Assembly: GCA_015522475.1 (NCBI GenBank)
Contig: WAMF01000003.1
Location: forward strand, 33,043 to 97,042
From: Candidatus Micrarchaeota archaeon
GTDB taxonomy: Archaea > Micrarchaeota > Micrarchaeia > Anstonellales > J096
Direction of reading: 5' to 3'
Length of the DNA: 64,000 bases
This document shows positions 60,606 to 64,000 of the stretch, one piece after another. Position numbers and translations under genes: made by a program. The notes below the pieces were generated by a model that worked only from the letters and a program-made list of their open reading frames with translations, was not told the DNA's origin and did not search any database. Within the stretch, counting starts at the first letter, position 1, and every line of letters begins with the position of its first letter.

Positions 60606-60704
60606 CATTCAGTAGGCATTCAGCAATTAGCAAACATTCGGCAACCATCATTCAGGCCAACATTCGGACATTATACTCAGGCCATTAGTCGGCCCATCAT
60701 TCAG
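60606..60704. repeat. Degenerate array of CATTC(A/G)G heptamers
   Basis: Copies at 60606, 60617, 60635, 60649, 60661 and 60698, plus degenerate ones. Confidence 0.6.
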
Positions 60705-60709
60705 CTCTT

Positions 60710-61122
60710 TTAGCTTTTCCACAAGCCATGTACGTTGCAGTACGAGCGCACAGACTCTACGCGCTCATCTCCGCCTATGTAGAACTCTGCTCGAGGAGCC
60801 TGTCCCGGTTTTAACTCCTGCCTGTAAACGCGCTTGTCGGTAAGCACTTCTATCCACTGTATATAGTGGTTGGCCTCCATAGGGTGAGGCACACTACCCA
60901 TTTTAACAACGAGCAGGACAGTGTTGGCGCTGTTGGACGAGAGCTTTTTCCTCTACGCTCAACTACCGGAACATGCTTCTCTCTGCCTTCCGCTTCAGCC
61001 ATCTTCTCTTCTAAAAGCTTCATTGCTCTTCCGCAGCAAACGAGTTGGCCTTGGCCTTCTTCCAAAACCTCTACAATATTTCCACAAACTTCGCATTTAT
61101 ACACACGACGCTTCATTCTCAT
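60710..61122 (-). pseudogene. dfx: Desulfoferrodoxin (2Fe superoxide reductase), frameshifted
   Basis: N-half YKCEVCGN...CCG...EKHVPV is in one frame; C-half [12 protein letters not shown]...YCNVHGLW is in another. GGAGG SD before ATG 61122. Confidence 0.85.
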
Positions 61123-61220
61123 ACTGTTCCTCCGAGCATCCAATACCCTTAGAACTTCATCTTCTGTCCTTTTCTGCAAGAATGAACCAAGCTTTTTAAA
61201 AGAAGCGCCCATATAGGCGT

Positions 61221-62450
61221 ATGCCTACAATAAAAGATGTTAAAGCCCGCTGGATTTTAGATTCTAGAGCTAAGCCAACCGTTGAAGTTGAATTAAGTAG
61301 CGATAGCACAACCGTAAGAGTAGCGGCTCCTTCTGGCGCAAGCACGGGCAAAAAAGAAGCTAAAGAGCTGCGCGACGGCGGCAAAGCCTTTCACGGCTAC
61401 GGTGTGAGCATAGCCATAAGCAACGTCGAGAAATTCCTAAAGCCCATACTCATAAGAGAAGACCCCACCAATCAAGAGGCATTAGACAAGGCCATGATTG
61501 AAGTGGATGGCACACCTGATAAGCATGTTATAGGAGGCAATGCCATGATTGCCACGTCGATGGCCATAGCTAAACTAGGGGCTGCAGAGAGAGGCATAGA
61601 ACTCTTCGAGCACATACACGACATCTTTTACGACGGCACGCGACTTTCCATGCCCATAACTATGTTCAATGTCATAAACGGCGGAGAGCACGCAGGTAAT
61701 GAGCTAGCGGTGCAGGAATTCCTCATTGTGCCCCAGCTAAAAACATTCAAGGCGCGCTACCAAGCAGCGGCTGAAATATACTTTAGCCTAAGAGAACTCA
61801 TAAGACAAACACACGGTAAAGACGCCATTAACGTCGGAGATGAAGGTGGATTCGCTCTCCCTCTTAAGAGAACCGAAGAGGCGCTCGTCCTTCTCGAGGA
61901 TGCCATAGATGAAGCGGGCTACACAGGAAAAGTAAAGCTGAGCCTGGATGCGGCTGCAAACTCCTTCTACGACGGCAAGACAAAGCTCTACAACATAGAC
62001 GGAAAGAAGCTCAGCAGGGAAGAGCTCGTTGACCATTACGTTGAACTCAACAAGAGCTTTCACTTCCTCAGCTTAGAAGACCCCTTTGCGGAAACAGACC
62101 CAGAAGGCTTCGCCATGCTTAAGAAGAAGCGCTTCACCGTTATAGGCGACGATTTGACGGTTACGAATGTCAAGCGGCTGCGCCGCTTCAAAGACGACAT
62201 AAGCGGGCTCATAATAAAGCCCAACCAAATAGGCACGCTCACAGAAACATTCGCTACATTGAGCTATGCCCAAGAGCACACGCCCTTCATCATAGTAAGC
62301 CATAGAAGCGGCGAGACAGAATATCCCTTCATAGCTCACTTTGCAGTGGGCGTAGGGGCTCCATATGCCAAATTCGGCGCCCCTGCTAGAAGCGAACGCA
62401 CCGCCAAATACAACGAACTCCTGCGTATAGAGGAGATTTTAGGTAGTTGA
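61221..62450 (+). CDS. eno: Enolase
   Basis: [44 protein letters not shown]. Confidence 0.98.
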   Translation: MPTIKDVKARWILDSRAKPTVEVELSSDSTTVRVAAPSGASTGKKEAKELRDGGKAFHGYGVSIAISNVEKFLKPILIREDPTNQEALDKAMIEVDGTPDKHVIGGNAMIATSMAIAKLGAAERGIELFEHIHDIFYDGTRLSMPITMFNVINGGEHAGNELAVQEFLIVPQLKTFKARYQAAAEIYFSLRELIRQTHGKDAINVGDEGGFALPLKRTEEALVLLEDAIDEAGYTGKVKLSLDAAANSFYDGKTKLYNIDGKKLSREELVDHYVELNKSFHFLSLEDPFAETDPEGFAMLKKKRFTVIGDDLTVTNVKRLRRFKDDISGLIIKPNQIGTLTETFATLSYAQEHTPFIIVSHRSGETEYPFIAHFAVGVGAPYAKFGAPARSERTAKYNELLRIEEILGS

Positions 62451-62908
62451 AAAATAAGCAACACGGCGAGAGCAAAAAGAGCAAAAACGGAAAGGAGGAT
62501 AGCAAGGAATATAAAAGCTATGACTCATACCTTTCTATGATTTTTGAGAGCATGCAAAGTGTCAATTGGAGGGGCTTTGTCCTGGAATTCACGCTTAAGT
62601 CAAGCTTATTTGTGTTCGAGCTCTTGCTTTTCTTCGTGGGCTTTTTCCTACCTCTTCCTTGGCTTGCAGGTTCGCTCCTGTTTGTAGTTGCTAGTATATA
62701 TGCAGCAGCTCTCTTAACATGCGTCAATCTCGTAGGCGATCCTTCTAAAATCTCGCCTTCAAGCAATTTTTACTTCCCCGCTTTCCTCCTCATTTTTTAC
62801 CTCATGCAGCCAGATCCCATAACAAAGTTTGCCATCATCGTCTTCTCTGCCCAAGGTCTGTTAAAGACCATTTACGTCGATTTTATACAAAAACTATGCC
62901 ACGGTTAA
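62447..62908 (+). CDS. Hypothetical membrane protein
   Basis: Three to four hydrophobic segments; TTG start overlaps the eno stop. Confidence 0.6.
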   Translation: MKNKQHGESKKSKNGKEDSKEYKSYDSYLSMIFESMQSVNWRGFVLEFTLKSSLFVFELLLFFVGFFLPLPWLAGSLLFVVASIYAAALLTCVNLVGDPSKISPSSNFYFPAFLLIFYLMQPDPITKFAIIVFSAQGLLKTIYVDFIQKLCHG

Positions 62909-63035
62909 TCCCACGGTTAATCAAATTTGCCCTGCGTTTTATACAGCTATTCAGGCAAAGCATTTAGGCTAAGCAGATCAAAGCAGATAAAGCCCTTATA
63001 CTTAGATTTATAAACCCCCCAAGGGAATATAAGCT

Positions 63036-63908
63036 ATGGAAAGGCGCCATATATATGCTCTCTACGAGTTGGCAGACAAGGCCCCGCGTATACTCGGCGT
63101 TAGCACGGGGACAAAGCTGGACAGCATGTTCTACGTATACGAAAAAGTGGAAGGCAGGCTTACACGACGTGTGCTCAACGGCATCCCTTACTTAAGCGTC
63201 ATGAACATCGTCGGCTCGCCAGACACGGGCAAAAGTCTTTTCTCTATACAGTTCGCTATTTATCAAGCTGCCAAAGGTTATAGAGTCAGCTTCTTAACAA
63301 CAGAAACGCCGGCTAAATTTCTGTATAACACTATAAAGGAAAGAGCGCAAGTCATGGACAAAGATTTCGACGCCATAGCTAGGAACATATACATCGTCGA
63401 CGTTTCGGAAGAAGAAGAGCTTAGGCAATATCCAAAACGCGCCTGGGAACTGCTCAAAGACGCAATAAAGCTTAGCGGCTCAACTATAACAGTTATAGAT
63501 TCCATAACGGGCTTGTACGAGAGCAAAGAAATAGATGCGCGCCGCATAGTACGGCTCTTTTACAACGGCCTGAAAGGTGAGAAACAAACGGCTTTGCTCA
63601 TATCGCAAAAGAGGCGTAGCCAGGAAGCAGCGACTGTGGAGGCCGCTGGTGGCCTAGGTGTAGCCCATATCGTAGACGGCAGCATCGTCTTGGACAAGAA
63701 GCTCATACTCACAAAGTACGACGAGAGCGTATACGGAAGCCCCATAGGTTCTGTCATAAGGACCATACGTATAGACGGTTGCAGGCTAGCTGGCCATGAC
63801 CAGCGGACCTACATATTGAACATAAGCGACGCGGGCAAAGTAGAGGTTGGTGAAGAGCTCTCCGTTTTCATGAATAGAAACAGAGAAAAATACACAAACA
63901 AGCTTTGA
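63036..63908 (+). CDS. KaiC/RecA-superfamily ATPase (single domain, AF_0795-like family)
   Basis: STG..LD, GSPDTGKS, VIDSITGLYE, SQKR, EAAGG, IDGCR..GHD. Confidence 0.9.
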   Translation: MERRHIYALYELADKAPRILGVSTGTKLDSMFYVYEKVEGRLTRRVLNGIPYLSVMNIVGSPDTGKSLFSIQFAIYQAAKGYRVSFLTTETPAKFLYNTIKERAQVMDKDFDAIARNIYIVDVSEEEELRQYPKRAWELLKDAIKLSGSTITVIDSITGLYESKEIDARRIVRLFYNGLKGEKQTALLISQKRRSQEAATVEAAGGLGVAHIVDGSIVLDKKLILTKYDESVYGSPIGSVIRTIRIDGCRLAGHDQRTYILNISDAGKVEVGEELSVFMNRNREKYTNKL

Positions 63909-63939
63909 GCTAGAGATAAACTATAGAGGGTGGGCAGCC

Positions 63940-64000
63940 ATGAAAAGGCACAGTAAACAAAAAGAGAGGCCAGTCAGGCCCATAGCAGCAGACGGCATAA
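63940..64000 (+). CDS. Possible CDS start, 3'-partial
   Basis: ATG 63940 follows GAGGGTG and the frame is open to the window end. Confidence 0.4.
   Translation, partial: MKRHSKQKERPVRPIAADGI

Noticed and set aside
63036..63908. KaiC as a circadian clock system
   Set aside because: It is a single-domain archaeal KaiC-like ATPase with no kaiA or kaiB visible in the window.

Overview
This 64 kb window is gene-dense archaeal chromosome, most likely DPANN and Micrarchaeota-like. That placement is an inference from a divergent stand-alone 16S rRNA, a class II HMG-CoA reductase and many orphan surface proteins. A KaiC protein of the AF_0795 type hints at a thermophile. Most genes are housekeeping: leuS, metG, pcn, ttuA, GGGP synthase, taw1, lonB, secG, tatD, a P-type ATPase, top6A/B, aglB, polB, pyrG, topA and eno, plus tRNA-Pro(UGG) and a 16S rRNA with no linked 23S and a clear bulge-helix-bulge processing stem. 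Strongest candidates for undescribed biology: (1) an AAA_14/DUF4143 ATPase-nuclease gene bracketed by two 50-bp direct repeats, each built as 16-bp inverted arms around a 7-bp spacer, which looks like an excisable single-gene cassette; (2) a five-gene operon with a split VirB4-like ATPase, membrane proteins and winged-helix proteins but no relaxase or integrase, a candidate resident DNA or effector translocation system; (3) a 1049-aa protein with a GNAT domain and near-identical 37-40 aa tandem repeats that vary in one segment; (4) small genes missed by the ORF track, namely a 40-aa hyperacidic Trp-punctuated peptide and a 58-aa basic protein. Also seen: a probable ACG start codon for tatD, a frameshifted desulfoferrodoxin, a second pseudogene, and widespread TATA-to-ATG spacing typical of leaderless mRNAs. 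All calls come from reading motifs by eye; no database searches were run.
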